Below are positions 26,401 through 38,399 of a stretch of DNA of 64,000 bases, in pieces (position 1 is the first letter of the stretch; every line of letters begins with the position of its first letter). A program made the translations under genes and the position numbers. Source of the stretch: Eremomyces bilateralis CBS 781.70 (Eukaryota); assembly GCA_010015585.1 (NCBI GenBank), contig ML975152.1, one strand, 5' to 3'. The notes under the pieces are model-generated. The model was not told the DNA's origin. It made no database searches and saw nothing but the letters and a program-made list of their open reading frames with translations.

Positions 26401-29212
26401 CTACACACAAATCGGACCACTAGAAGAAGACGTGATGGCGAAGATAGCGGGGCCCACGTCTGATGGCGCTTTTTTCCAGAACTGCTGCTCCTGAAACTTT
26501 AGCACAGCCGAGTAGATATTCGTTGGCGGCATTGTCACTTCTTCTGCCTGTTCCGTGATTAGTAGAGCATCTGACAGGGTTGTCGGAAGTGATGACTCTG
26601 GAGTGAAGCTCCGCTTATGAATCAGTACTATTGAGTCATTCAATAGGGAATGGTAGAAGGGAACAACGGCATCGCGTTCGGCGAGGACTTCGAGGGCGCG
26701 CAAGTAGACGGCAAGTTTGTGGATTGGCGTGCCTGATAGTCGAAGAGAGCATCGGAGGAAGATATAGTTGATCGTCATAGGAACAAAGACACAGACAATT
26801 CTAGCCAGAGCATGTTAGCATCGCTCACGGAAGGGTATTTTCTTGGGTTGTACGCAGATTGGTATAAGGAAAACGCGGGGACGTACACTGAGACAGGGAG
26901 GTACTGCAGAGCATCCTTATCGAGCAGATCGGAGAGAATCGCCACTGTCAAAGTAGAGGACCCTTGGAGGGCTAGGTGAGAAGCGTCTCGCATTCTCGCA
27001 GCCCATATCGTAGAGCTAAGGCCTCTCTGAGCAGAGGCTGATTTGGTGAAGGGTGGAAGTGAGGTATCTGCAAGGATTTGTTAGAGTCGGATGGACGGAA
27101 GGGGTAGATGCGAAGGACATACTCGTAGGTCAGTCTCAAGTTGGCGAAGATGGCAAGGAGAGAATAGTAACTAGGGTCAGACTTTGGCGGATCGCTGCTG
27201 GTAAGCAATAATTGCGTATGGTTGGTCTGCCACTGTGCCAACAGCCCCTCACATTCCTCCAATTCACCCATGATTGATAACTTGCGGGGTTCGCCAAGCC
27301 ATCCAAGATACAATTTGGGCCCCATTAGAATGTGGCACAACGGATATGTAATGAGGGACAGATCAACCAGGGCCAGAAATATTTCGGAAAGCCTGCGTTT
27401 GACTTCAACGCTCAGGAACCATGGAAAGCGAGTATCTTCCTCGAGGTCCGAAGGTTGAAACGGCACCATTTTCACCAGCATTGCGGGATACAAATGCGCC
27501 CTGCGCAGACCCAGAATTTCCCACCGGACGCGCATGGAATAGCACGCTCGTAGGATATTCCATTGAGAGACCATACTTTTAGACTCGGCTGGTGATGAAT
27601 CGACGGGTGGCAGTCTGGCTTGCTGAAGCTGGTTGTGGGCTTCGAGCAGCCATTTCTCATCGTCAAACTCAGCTCGCGGATATATGCGCCCCTTGCTAAG
27701 TAAGAGGCAGATTCGAGCTTTATTCATAGGGTCTCGCTCGCATCCAGCCTCCAAAAGGGCCTATGAAGCGTCGGGGATCAGTACTTGGGTTTACACAGTG
27801 CGATCAGTGGCAAGAATCGGGAGCGTCCAAGGGTGCGGGGGGAAGATTGAACTGGGCGGCTTACAATAGTGTGGGTGTGAGGAGTTCTACGCATTACTAC
27901 AATGCTTGGGAATCCGGCGGCTTTCACGAGATCTTTTCTGCAACCTGCGTATACGATGATTAGCATATTGATATCGACTGCCAGTATTTTCCCGACATAC
28001 CGCACTAGCGGAAAACATAATAGCGTTGACCATGGCTAGACTCATTAGGCTAGTCGTTTCGCCGCCATTAGAGAGCAAAGGTTTTAACAGACTGTAAGTG
28101 TTCCATTCACTTATGACAGGGAAAATGGGATGAACATAGACAAAGTATAGGTTGATCAGTTCGCGCATGACGTCCTCCGTAGGAACTGAAAGGGCCTGTG
28201 AATTTACAACATCATGGTATGTAGGGCCACAGAGTGATGCCTTGCAGCAGAGAGCAATCCAGGAAACGGTGAAGGTAGTACAGGGATGTGTACAGGAGCA
28301 ATGATTATCCACCATGGCCACCGAGGGGTCTAGCTCAGTGGGTAATATGTTGACTAGAGAGCTCGAGTCAACTAGAGGGTTGGCTATAGGATTGGTGTCC
28401 ATCAAATCAAAATAGTTGTGGAAGTTGTAATCTGTGAATCCAGGAAAGTCATTAAAGAGTGTGGAATGATCTCCGAGATCAAGAAGAGGGGTATTTGGGT
28501 TCCTCCCCGGATCAGGCTTGCTTTGATCGTGCTGGAGCATGGTTGCGCCTGTGAGAGTGGTCATAGCTGTCCTACCCGACATACGTGCAGAGTAAGATGA
28601 GGCTGAAGGTGAGCATGGTGACGACTCTTCATCTGGCAATTCCTGGGAGGAGTTGAGACTTGGGTTGGACGGCGCAACCAGGTTCGGATAAGATGCAAAA
28701 AAGGCTTCCGCTAACCCAGACGAGGCGACTGGAGGCGGTAATCTAGTTGGTGAAGTACTATCGGCAAGCGAAACGTCAGGTAATAATGGAAACCTGTCCT
28801 GTCCGTTTGTGGGAGAGTTTTCATCTGCTATGGCCGAAGTGCGGCGGTTGTGATCCCTAGTCTTATTTCGTCTATGTGGATGGCTTAATATCGCTACGTG
28901 GACTGAGGAAGATGTACAAGGAACGGAATGAACCGACCTGCTGTAGGGAACACTACACTCAAACATCGTCCATTTGGCAGTTGGTGCAACTATCCGGATG
29001 TCGCAAGAGGACGTCGCAGCGCACCTTGCGGTTTCGGCACGACAGGCATGCTACACTATTAAGTCAGTCAAGTCCAAGTAGAATTTAGATTGCACGCTAG
29101 GAAATTCGCAGAATGATGCACTTTTGGCAGCGCGCCTTGAGCGACCTGGTTTTCGAGAGGAAATAGTTGATAACGCCATAACGGGGTGTTTGGGTGCACG
29201 CGCCCCCGACAT
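26401..29212 (-). pseudogene. Zn2Cys6 transcription factor (CTF1/FarB-like) with a frameshift in the zinc cluster
   Basis: After splicing: RRAAKTCLSCRNRKVRCDV..SCTNC. The sixth Cys (ECSVP) is in another frame. Fungal TF middle-region motif YFVYVHPIFPVISE is present. The 3' end is uncertain. Confidence 0.75.
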
Positions 29213-29277
29213 CGAAAGTTGAATCTATATTGTCCAGTCTTGAGGCGTCTTTGGTGAGTTGTCCCAGAGATTGTAAA

Positions 29278-29768
29278 TAGGGCTGGACACGAATAAGGAT
29301 TTTGGCTATTCGTATTCGACTTTTCCTCTTGAACGATTATTCGTATTCGACTAAGTTTTGAGACGTTTTATTCGTATTATTCGCGAATATTCGTAAATAA
29401 TGCCAAGACTTATTCGGCAAAAGCTGAGCCAATGAATGAATGCCCAGCAGTCGCGACTTTTGTTTACCCGAACACGATCTGGAGGATTTGAGCTCTAAGA
29501 GATACAAAGTATATCAATAGCGTCGAATTGATCACTCCTGACGATTCAGCAAGCCAAGTGACCCCAGCTCAAAGCTCTTTGTCGACCATCTCTCCGATGC
29601 GAGATACATGGAAATAGCTTCAGAGATAGACGAATAATTACGAATAATTACGAATAATGCGAATATTATTCGTACGAATATTAGTAAGCGGAAATTCTAA
29701 ATTTTATTCGTATTCGACTACGAATATTCGTACGAATACGAATAGTCGAATATTCGTGTCCAGCCCTA
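29278..29768. mobile_element. Non-autonomous hAT-type MITE (491 bp)
   Basis: 18-bp perfect TIRs TAGGGCTGGACACGAATA (29278-29295 and 29751-29768) and a perfect 8-bp TSD ATTGTAAA (29270-29277 and 29769-29776). Many internal TATTCG/CGAATA repeats. Confidence 0.95.
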
Positions 29769-30869
29769 ATTGTAAAGTCCTAGTTGTTGGGATTCAAATT
29801 GCGGATTATTTTAGATGTAGATTTTATAGTTAGATACAGAGACTTGTTCTTGAGGTTGGTTGGCATGGTTCTGTGTGGCTAACAAACGATATAACTATCG
29901 CTCGGATATACCATATCCCCTTGATGGCCGTCGCTGCAGGGCTCAACTTCCTCATCAAAACCTGTTTTCACCACCAAATTCGACTAACTTGCCCACACAA
30001 CCACTTAATTGCCTGGAATTTTTGGTCGGAAATGAAAGAAATTCATAAATAAAATGTAAAAGATCGTATTAAAAAAATAGTATGCTAGGGCGACGTTCTC
30101 CCGGCGGTCGAAGTATCGGCCACGGGGGTTAAAGCCCCTGGTAAGACACCCTGGTCTTTGAGCACTGCAGCCATCAAGGGGCTCGGGCGCGGAGCCCCGC
30201 AACATAACCCCCTCGCTATCACTTCCTAGCGACTCCGGGAAATGGTACACTGTAAATACCCCACGGCGGCCTGGGCATGCGACATACCTGTTCCTCGAGC
30301 AGTCAAGCGGAAGCCTTTCCCATTCCACAGCTCCAAGGTTATATAAATCCTCATTGGCATAGATATGGATTGTGCAAGTAGATCTGAAAGATTGTTCAGT
30401 AGCTACGTGCTAACTAGTGTTAGTTAGGAATAGTTTAGGAATAGTTACAACTTTTCAACAGGCGATTTGGACTTCCGAACAGGCGGATGGTGAACATAAC
30501 TAATATCCCGAAGCCGCTGCAAAGGTTCTGACTGCAGTGGAGGGTTTCTGCCAGGAATTATGGGCACCTGGAAATTGCGTTTTGTGTAATATTCGACAGC
30601 GTAGCGCGTTTTATTTGCCCATACCCAGTTAGCCAACCTAACCGCTAGATATTAGTTCATAAGCCGGCTAAATGCAGAGAGTTGACCTGAAAATCGTTTT
30701 CAGGTCAGGTTCGCCCGATTTCCAGCTCGTTAATTGGCTGATCTGTTAGCGTACCGTATAATTACAGAAACAAAATCACGTGTGCTTATCACGTGCCTTA
30801 AATTTGAAAATAAAAGAGGTATAGCGGCACCGCTTAATCAGCGGATTACAGCTGTCGAGCCTGATTTTC

Positions 30870-31130
30870 AGGTGTTCCACATATTCCTGGCAGAAACCCT
30901 CCAGTTCTCCTCGAAGCAGCCCATATACATCTGCTGCCGCCTTCTGCTTCCACTTCTCTGCCCACTCCCGTGCGACGTCACGCATCTTATCTGGTGGCGC
31001 AATCGCATCGACAATCCCATCTTTAAGTGCCTCTTTCCCAGTATAACGATGCCCCTCGAGCAGGACCTTGCGCGCCACTTGTGGAGCCAGCTTTGATTTC
31101 ATAAGCGACCCAATGCCCGCTGGCGGTTGC
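30870..31130 (-). pseudogene. C-terminal fragment of an enoyl-CoA hydratase/isomerase (crotonase)
   Basis: KLAPQVARKVLLEGHRYTGKEALKDGIVDAIA..VYGLLRGEL; the N-terminal part is absent. Confidence 0.7.
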
Positions 31131-31159
31131 AAAATGTGAGAGAACGCTTGGCGTTTTTT

Positions 31160-31414
31160 TGAGTGTGTGTGTCGCCGTCCAGGCTTTCGAGCAGATTGTT
31201 CCGGCATGTCAAGATGTCGCTTAAAAACTGCTGGTGGTTGACCTCATGTCCGGATTTTTTGTCACGGATGACAGACGTATTCTGGCGGACAGCAAGATTG
31301 TAAAGGGTTTGAGAAATGAGATCGAATGCCAGCACATTCGGGCCTTCCACTGGTGCAAAGAAATCGGAACAATCAAAATGCTCCTCGAAAGGGACTCTTA
31401 AACAAAGAGTCCAT
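31160..31414 (-). pseudogene. N-terminal fragment of an AMP-binding acyl-CoA ligase
   Basis: EGPNVL..VIRD..GHEVNHQQFLSDILTCRNNLLESLD resembles fungal acyl-CoA synthetase N-termini. Early stop; the rest is missing. Confidence 0.5.
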
Positions 31415-31894
31415 GGTGAAATATTTTGGAAATCGTCAATTCGCGAAACTGGTTGTTATTGACTTACTCAAATACAGTAACTATCCGGATTCCAGAAGCT
31501 TCAGAGTCGTTTGTCCGAGGGTCAGTGACTGGTGTCGCAACCGTTGGGCAGAGTGGTCAAAAATAACTCTATCATGTTTTGGTATGGCAATACGTATGCC
31601 TCGGGTAGAGTATAGAAATAGTATTGGTAATGTACAATTTCGCCGCAATGAGGGAATAGTACGAAGATAACGCGCTGTGACGCTTTAAGGGCATATTTTT
31701 ATATCGTTAAGGTGCTCTTGCTGTAAAGATGGCTAGCGCCTATTAATACTAACTATAATGGGCGTGGGATGTGAGTACTGCTAGTAGTATTGAATATACA
31801 CCACATTCAGACCATATCATTGATGACTTACTCATCCAGCTTTCGACAGCAAGACTTTGTTCAAGAGGTCAACGTGCTTCATTTGTTATCATAA

Positions 31895-32677
31895 CTATAG
31901 GCTGCCCCTAGCAGGTTCGATGTTGGCTAGGAAGTTCAAAAGACCTACGTTGAACGCTTGAGGTTGGTCAATGTTTGCCGCATGACCAGCGTCAGCTATA
32001 ACCAGCGTTTTGCACCCAGGAATTGTCCTACTCATATAGTCTGACCCCGCCAGAAATGGGGTATCATTGGCACCAACAACAACCAGTGACGGTACCTTGA
32101 TGTTGGGCAGGGACTTGATAACCGCAGGACTCTTTTGTATCAACATCCCTCTCCCCGCCAATGCCAATCCCTTTGCGTCTCGGTGCGTCGAAGTTTTCAT
32201 TTCTACGCTCATTTTCTCGAGACGGCGCAGCCCATGCTGTTCAAACCGCTCCGCCGTTTGAAGAGCATACTTATTCCATCCATCACGCGCTGCGTCATTC
32301 TTGAAGCCCGGGCCGGTGTCGATGATCAACAACGCCTTAACACGCTCAGGGTGAGCAAGGTAGAAAGCAAGCGACATGTATCCACCTAGTGACAAACCCC
32401 CGACGATGGCTCTCTTCGTTCCGCAGACTTCGGCCAGGATGGCTTCCATATCAGCCACCGTGTGCTGTTCGCTGTACATCGCCGGATCTTCCGGGTAGTC
32501 AGACTTGCCATGGCCGCGCATATCCCATAGGATAAGCTTGAATCTTGCCGAAAGCAGAGCTATCTGGCCAGACCACATTTCGGAGGTCGCGGAAAAGCCA
32601 TGGGAGAGGAGGAGCGGGGTTCCGCTACCGTACGTTGCGTAGTAAAGCGATACACCTGAACGGTTGATATATGGCAT
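31895..32677 (-). CDS. Alpha/beta hydrolase, intronless, bacterial-type (enol-lactonase/MenH-like fold)
   Basis: Motifs HGF, WDMRGHG, nucleophile GLSLGG, acid GANDTPF, and AGHAANIDQP. Intact 260-aa ORF. Confidence 0.92.
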   Translation of the reverse strand: MPYINRSGVSLYYATYGSGTPLLLSHGFSATSEMWSGQIALLSARFKLILWDMRGHGKSDYPEDPAMYSEQHTVADMEAILAEVCGTKRAIVGGLSLGGYMSLAFYLAHPERVKALLIIDTGPGFKNDAARDGWNKYALQTAERFEQHGLRRLEKMSVEMKTSTHRDAKGLALAGRGMLIQKSPAVIKSLPNIKVPSLVVVGANDTPFLAGSDYMSRTIPGCKTLVIADAGHAANIDQPQAFNVGLLNFLANIEPARGSL

Positions 32678-33544
32678 ATTTGATGCATCAAATGGCTGGA
32701 TATTTCAAATCGTGGAGTGAGAAGTGGAGTTGGACAGTTTCTTGCGTTTGGTAGTCAAAAGTGGTATCCATAAGGCACTGGGTGAGCGATGCGTGCCAGG
32801 ATTTGATGGGATAACTAACGTATACAAATCACGGGGTTGTTCAATTGCCCCCGAGGCAATGCACCAATTGATAGGGAAGAATATTTGCAAGGCCAGAAGT
32901 CCTCGGGACAACTGGCTATCGGCTCAAGGACGACACGGACAGGCAGAGGCTTCCCAGCGCCTGTTGTGTCCAGAGTTCTGTCTCAAGACGTCATGGCGCT
33001 TCAAAGGGCGCTTGGATGATTACCTCTTTCACTCATATTTATGCACGGTTCCTCTGTAGAATTACTCGGATTCAGGCACAATGACTGATTTTGTTGGAAA
33101 TCTCAAGCCCGCGCCAGCGCGCCCATGCTGACGGAGTGAAAGCCGTGGCCCGGGAGCGCCAACAAAAGTTCCAATGTCCCATTTTGGCAGATGAGCTAGC
33201 GGAGCGCTTTCGTGCGATATCCACATTGTAAAATATGCACGTTGTTCTCTCCCATCTTCTATGCAATATTTAAATCTCCTAAATCCCGATCATGAGCAAT
33301 TGAGCTATTATATGAATTGTGAATCGACTACTCTTCTCCTAGTAATTATGGAATGATGGTCTGCATTATCACAAGTCTGTTTGCGCTACCGTACTGGATG
33401 GAAATTTTAACATTTTAACCCATATGTTCACTATGGATACAATACACAACACGAACAAATATGAATTAAAAGTTCATGCTACTGTCTCCGACTACGCCTT
33501 GCCTCTGTAAACTTCCTGTTCTGGAATTTGACCACCATTGCGAC

Positions 33545-35345
33545 CTACATTTTGCTTGAAACCTACGGGCTTTCCGGGTAGTTTTTCCAGAGCTGACGAA
33601 CTCCGCGAAGAGTAGGTAGAATGAAGTTTATATCATTCATATCATTCTTGTAAACACGTTCCATGATTGCCTCGTATGGTATCTTGTCCTTTTTCGTGAA
33701 TGTGCTGTCAAGTTCGAATTCGGTGAATGAGTATGCATCCAGGATAGTATCGAGATAGCTATCAAAACCATAAATGACGTTTTCGAGTTCAAGGTGTAGG
33801 GCATCCACATCCCTTTTTGTGAGAAAGTTGGTACCGGCAAATGTGGAAAGGCCTTCTCGAATTGTACTCAGTGCGAACTAAATGGGAGAAATACCAACTA
33901 TCCGAGTAGTATAAGCATGAAGTCACTGATGCTTACCACTTGGAAAAGGGCTACGAGTGCCTCTTTCCCCTGTTCCGGTGCAAGTGAAAGCTGTGATTTG
34001 AATCTTCTCCAATAGCTGAGATCACTGTGAGCCATCGTAAACTCAAGACACTCGTAACTGGTATCTTTGCCTCTTGCAGCCTCTTCAAGGTGCCTTTCTG
34101 CAAGAAATGCAGCACGAAACTGGAGAACGACCTCTTGAACTTCGGGCTGAAGCCAGGATACAAACGATATTTCATACTTGCATACTCGATTACTCTCGTC
34201 TCTGGGCCATTTGGGGTGGTGTTTCCGAATTGGCGTCTGAACTGTACGCACTTGGCCGCGGCATATAGCGGCTTCATTACGTCAAGGTCTAGTTCATCAG
34301 CGAGCGTGCCCCGAATGATCACCATGGAAGCGGACGAATGCTTGTTTGACTTGGCTGCAGTGTAAGTTCCGTCATTTGACACAGAACTGGAGCCGGCAAA
34401 CATGTGAGACCTTGGAATCCTGGAGGTGTAAAACCCCATGATACCATTGTCAATGCCGCCCAGTGCTCCCAGTGCTCCCAGTGTCTTCTCGTCTTGGTCA
34501 TAGATTGTGATATTGGGCATGATCTCGTGAGTGTCGAGATCGTGAACTTGGACCATGATGAGATGGTTGCCATGCTCCTCCCCGTTAATGATGAGCCGTG
34601 CCACGACAATGGCGTGTGTTGACCAACACCGGAGAGCTCCAATCCAGAATTTGCTGCTCGAAATTGTAGGCGAGCGGAGGACAAATTCATCAGTGGTGGG
34701 GTGAAAGGTGGCGGTTGTTTCTATCCGGTGCAAGTTACTTCCATGGCCATCTCCGTTTGAGCGTAGGCTCCGATGATTTCAAAGCGATTGGCCTTAGGAA
34801 TCTAGTATGCTTGCTGTTGCGGACTTATCTGGGCTTCGAGATTCTTGATGAAAACTGTCATCTCCATCAATATAGACTCACAACCACGAAAGAATGGAAA
34901 CTGTATACTTCTAAACTGGCCATAGCAAGGAACATCACCAACCATGCGTCCTGCTTCCAAAAAATTCTCCCTGCTCCACCTCTTTTGAAACCATACATTG
35001 ATCAACTCTTTTGCTTGTTGGGCTCTATAGCCGAAGTAATCTTTCCTTGCCAGGGCATGGAGATTGACGTTCTTGCGGAAAGTTGGGTGGTCGGCCAAAC
35101 TCTCCAAGATTTCGCATCGCCGCTTAAGCCGGTCTTCGCCCCAAATAAACTTGGCCAAAGGTCCAGTATTTGGCATATCAACGTTGGCCATGTCGAGTTG
35201 ATGGAGATAAAGACCTCCAGAATAGATTCAAGGACGCCCCTGGAGAGGATTCCAATTCCAATGCAGCGGCGATTGTTATCCTGTGTTGAGGTCTTAGGTC
35301 ATCTTGACTTAAATGACTAGTGCCATTTCGTGGATCCTCTTCCAT
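33545..35345 (-). pseudogene. Peroxisomal acyl-CoA oxidase pseudogene
   Basis: YAQTE(M/G)HGSN..IETTATF is split by a frameshift near 34747. Also SKFWIG, HAIVVARLII, IDNG, RRQFG. Multiple frame breaks; terminal SKM* at 33545-33556. Start codon uncertain. Confidence 0.85.
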
Positions 35346-37077
35346 CCTAATTATGCTATTATTAATAATCCGCAACATGGTGATTGCGGTAGCAGAATTG
35401 TAGCCGATAACCAGGCCCGTGGAAGTGTCGGTTCGGTGCGGACGACCGAACAATTGTCCCGGGGCTACCATGGGCACCCCACTCGGGCACTCTTCGGGTG
35501 GTCGTAGCGCTGTGGTGCCCTAAACGTTACCCCATGGGGATCGTCTTCTCCGATGACGATCGAAAACAAATCAGCCTTTGTCCGGAAAGCCCGCCGTGAA
35601 TTCAGTGACAGCGGCGATGATAACGTCGGACTATCCTACTATTAATACCGCTGCCGGCCACGTGTTCCCATTGTCCTTATCGCTGTAAGGGTATGGAGAG
35701 TGGAGGACCTCGCCGCCAAGGCACTGTTCCAGCGAAGAGAGTAATGTTCAAGGAAAATAGAACGTCTGGCGCGATCTTGACGCAACAGTGATAAAACCCA
35801 AAAATTGGGTAGTATGGATCGACTAGCCGCTCCCCCCTTTCCCTTTCCACAGGAAGGGAGGCTCCGTTCCACCAAATTCTCCAAGCCCAAATATCAAAAA
35901 TCCCTGCAACTGGCTGTCGCAGAGCTCGGCTATCATCCAGTCCCCGCCAGGGTGAATAAAAGCAGACTTGCACTGGACTCCTCCAATAAGTGAGGGCTCC
36001 CAAGAACTTATAGACCTGTACATAAGACTAACCTCGAATCCTGACTAGCATCTGTCGAATAGGACAATGCCGTCGAAGATCTAGAACTCTATCCAGTAAC
36101 CGACACGTTCGGCGACGCCTTCTGGATACGTTTCGTCATATTTATACTCGCCGTACGAGAAGGCTGTCGGGGGCAGAACTTCCGAGAGAACTATATCAGC
36201 AGGGAGATCTGAAGCGAGAGGCATTAGAGTAAGTTCAAGTGGTCGAAGGCCGCCCTTGGCCACCTTGATTAGGAAGATATCAAATCATGGCATGCGATCA
36301 TGACCAGTTCGAGAAAGCGGAGGACGAACTCCGGGCTCTTGAACGTCGCGTTTTGATAAGCTTGGATGACCTAACAAAATAAGCTGCTGCCGAGATAACG
36401 AGAGTCCCCTTTTCATGTACCATTGAATTAAAGCTCAATATCTCCAAAGAGAACTGGCCGTGAAATGTATCCCAGGCGCGGAATGCATCATCACAAAGTC
36501 TCTTCGTGAACACTCTGCCACCCAACAGTGTAGTGAGAGGTGCTAGAGTTTGAGGCTCCGTCCATGATTAGTGCATAAGCTTGCCTAGCTTTGTTTGTAT
36601 TGACCACCCGAGTTACGCAATCTTCGAGTGTCTAGAAACGTTTGGGAGATAGTACATGCGCAGGAATCTTTGTGGCGCTCATTGTTGGTCTTCTGCTACA
36701 AACATTTCTCTCTGTTGGAAGTACAACGAAGAATGAAAATTCTAAGTGGTACTATCGTAAGTAGATACAAATTCAAATGGCAGAAGTGAAGTGGGGGTGG
36801 GAAGAAACAATGAAGGGGGGGTATGGAGACACTAGAACGGGGCTGAGGAAGGGGACGGAGACACTAAAAGGGGGAAGCAGGGTCCGAAGTATAGCTGCAA
36901 AGGGCACATCCGCAACATTTAACATAAAGCCTAGGACATCCTATGTATACTCGTTTCTTCTTCTTAATCACCTGCATTTGACTGCGCGGATGGTTGGCAG
37001 TTTACGAGTCCTACATCCCGTCCAAGCTTTTCGTAACTACAAGACCCGAGGATGCATTTTTATGCTATACCTCGCCG

Positions 37078-38399
37078 TTAGAACGCGCCGTTAGCCCCAA
37101 GACCTTCCGACTTGCCATTCTCATGCCCGTTCGCAGTACCGATAGCATGGCCATTCGCCCCCAGTCGTTCCAGTCTCTGGCTCAAACTCTCACTCCTTTC
37201 TGGGTCCCAGAACGGACGCTCTCCATAGACCGCAGTTCGCTTCCCTTCCCGTAGCGTGACGTCGTAGCCACCAGGAATGGCGCGATGGACCACCGAGCGG
37301 TTGTCCCAGAACGCGACGGATCCTGGAGTCCACTTCCATCGCACCGTGAGATCATTAGCTTGAAGGAGGTGTTCGCGGAGGAAGGCGAGAATGTGGTGTG
37401 ACTCTTGGCCGTTTAGCTCCTCAATCCGCTCGATAAAGGTAGGGTTATAGTTTAACACTTTGAGTAGAGTTACTGGGTGCGTTCGGACCTATCATCATCA
37501 TTAATCTGGTCCTAAACGAAAGTTGAAGTTCGTACCAGGGGATGTGCAGTTGCAATTGGAGCTCTGTGAGGTGAGCCACCACCATTGATAGATGCAACAT
37601 ATGCCCGCTGCACACAGTCAACGCTGTAATGCCACTGCTAGGGTCGACTCAAGTCAAATGCTTACATCCGAAGAATGAATACCATGTAGGCCCTCGAACG
37701 CCTTTTGAAATGTTGGGCTGAGTTTGTCAAACAGAGCAGTTTGGCTAGTAAAAATGGTGTCGCCTCCATATGGCGGAGTCTTAACCAAGCGCAATAACGT
37801 GTAGGATGGCGGATTGACCTCAAAAGAATGGTCCGCATGATACTCGCCCCCGGAGTGGCCATGGGCGCGGATATTTCTAGATAGAGTCAGTCGAGGCATT
37901 TCGCTGGCCTTGAAATTGGACGTACCCTCCGCGTCCAATAATGGTCACATGGTTTGGATCTTGCTGATTTGGGTCTCTATCTTGCTATAAGATATCAGCC
38001 ATGGCACTCGGCATGGAAAGGCACGTATCCTACAATGCCATAATGGGCCGCCAGCGCATGTTGCTGCTCCAGAGTAATATCTTGATCCCGGAGTAAGACC
38101 ACACCCCGCTGTTCACTATTAGCATGATATCCGGATACCAAAAGGGATACAAAGAATACCTCAGCAACGAGTAGAGCTAGCTCATCCTTCTGCTGGTCGG
38201 TCAACTGGCTCAATTGGATTCCTTTCAGCTCTGTTCCGATGTATGGAGTAAGGTCCTCGGCTGCTGATGCTGCAGAGAGAAGCGACCTCTTCTCCGTGTC
38301 AGCGAAAAAGGCCCTATCCTTGGCAGGAGTGAACTCTTTGAGAGGAGGGTCAGGTGGCGAATACGCCAATAGAGCTGGAGTGATGGTGTTCTGAACCAT
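37078..38399 (-). CDS. TauD/TfdA family alpha-ketoglutarate-dependent sulfonate dioxygenase (Jlp1-like), multi-exon
   Basis: Motifs DLTPYIGTELKGIQL, DELALLVA, HxD (YHADHSFE), GGDTIF, HP.VR.HPVT, FWDNRSVVHRA. Confidence 0.92.

Noticed and set aside
29300..29760. CRISPR-like or telomere-like repeat array
   Set aside because: Irregular short subterminal repeats of the MITE, with no repeat-spacer periodicity, in a eukaryotic context.
35500..36900. Short minus-strand ORFs between the acyl-CoA oxidase and TauD
   Set aside because: No motif could be assigned.
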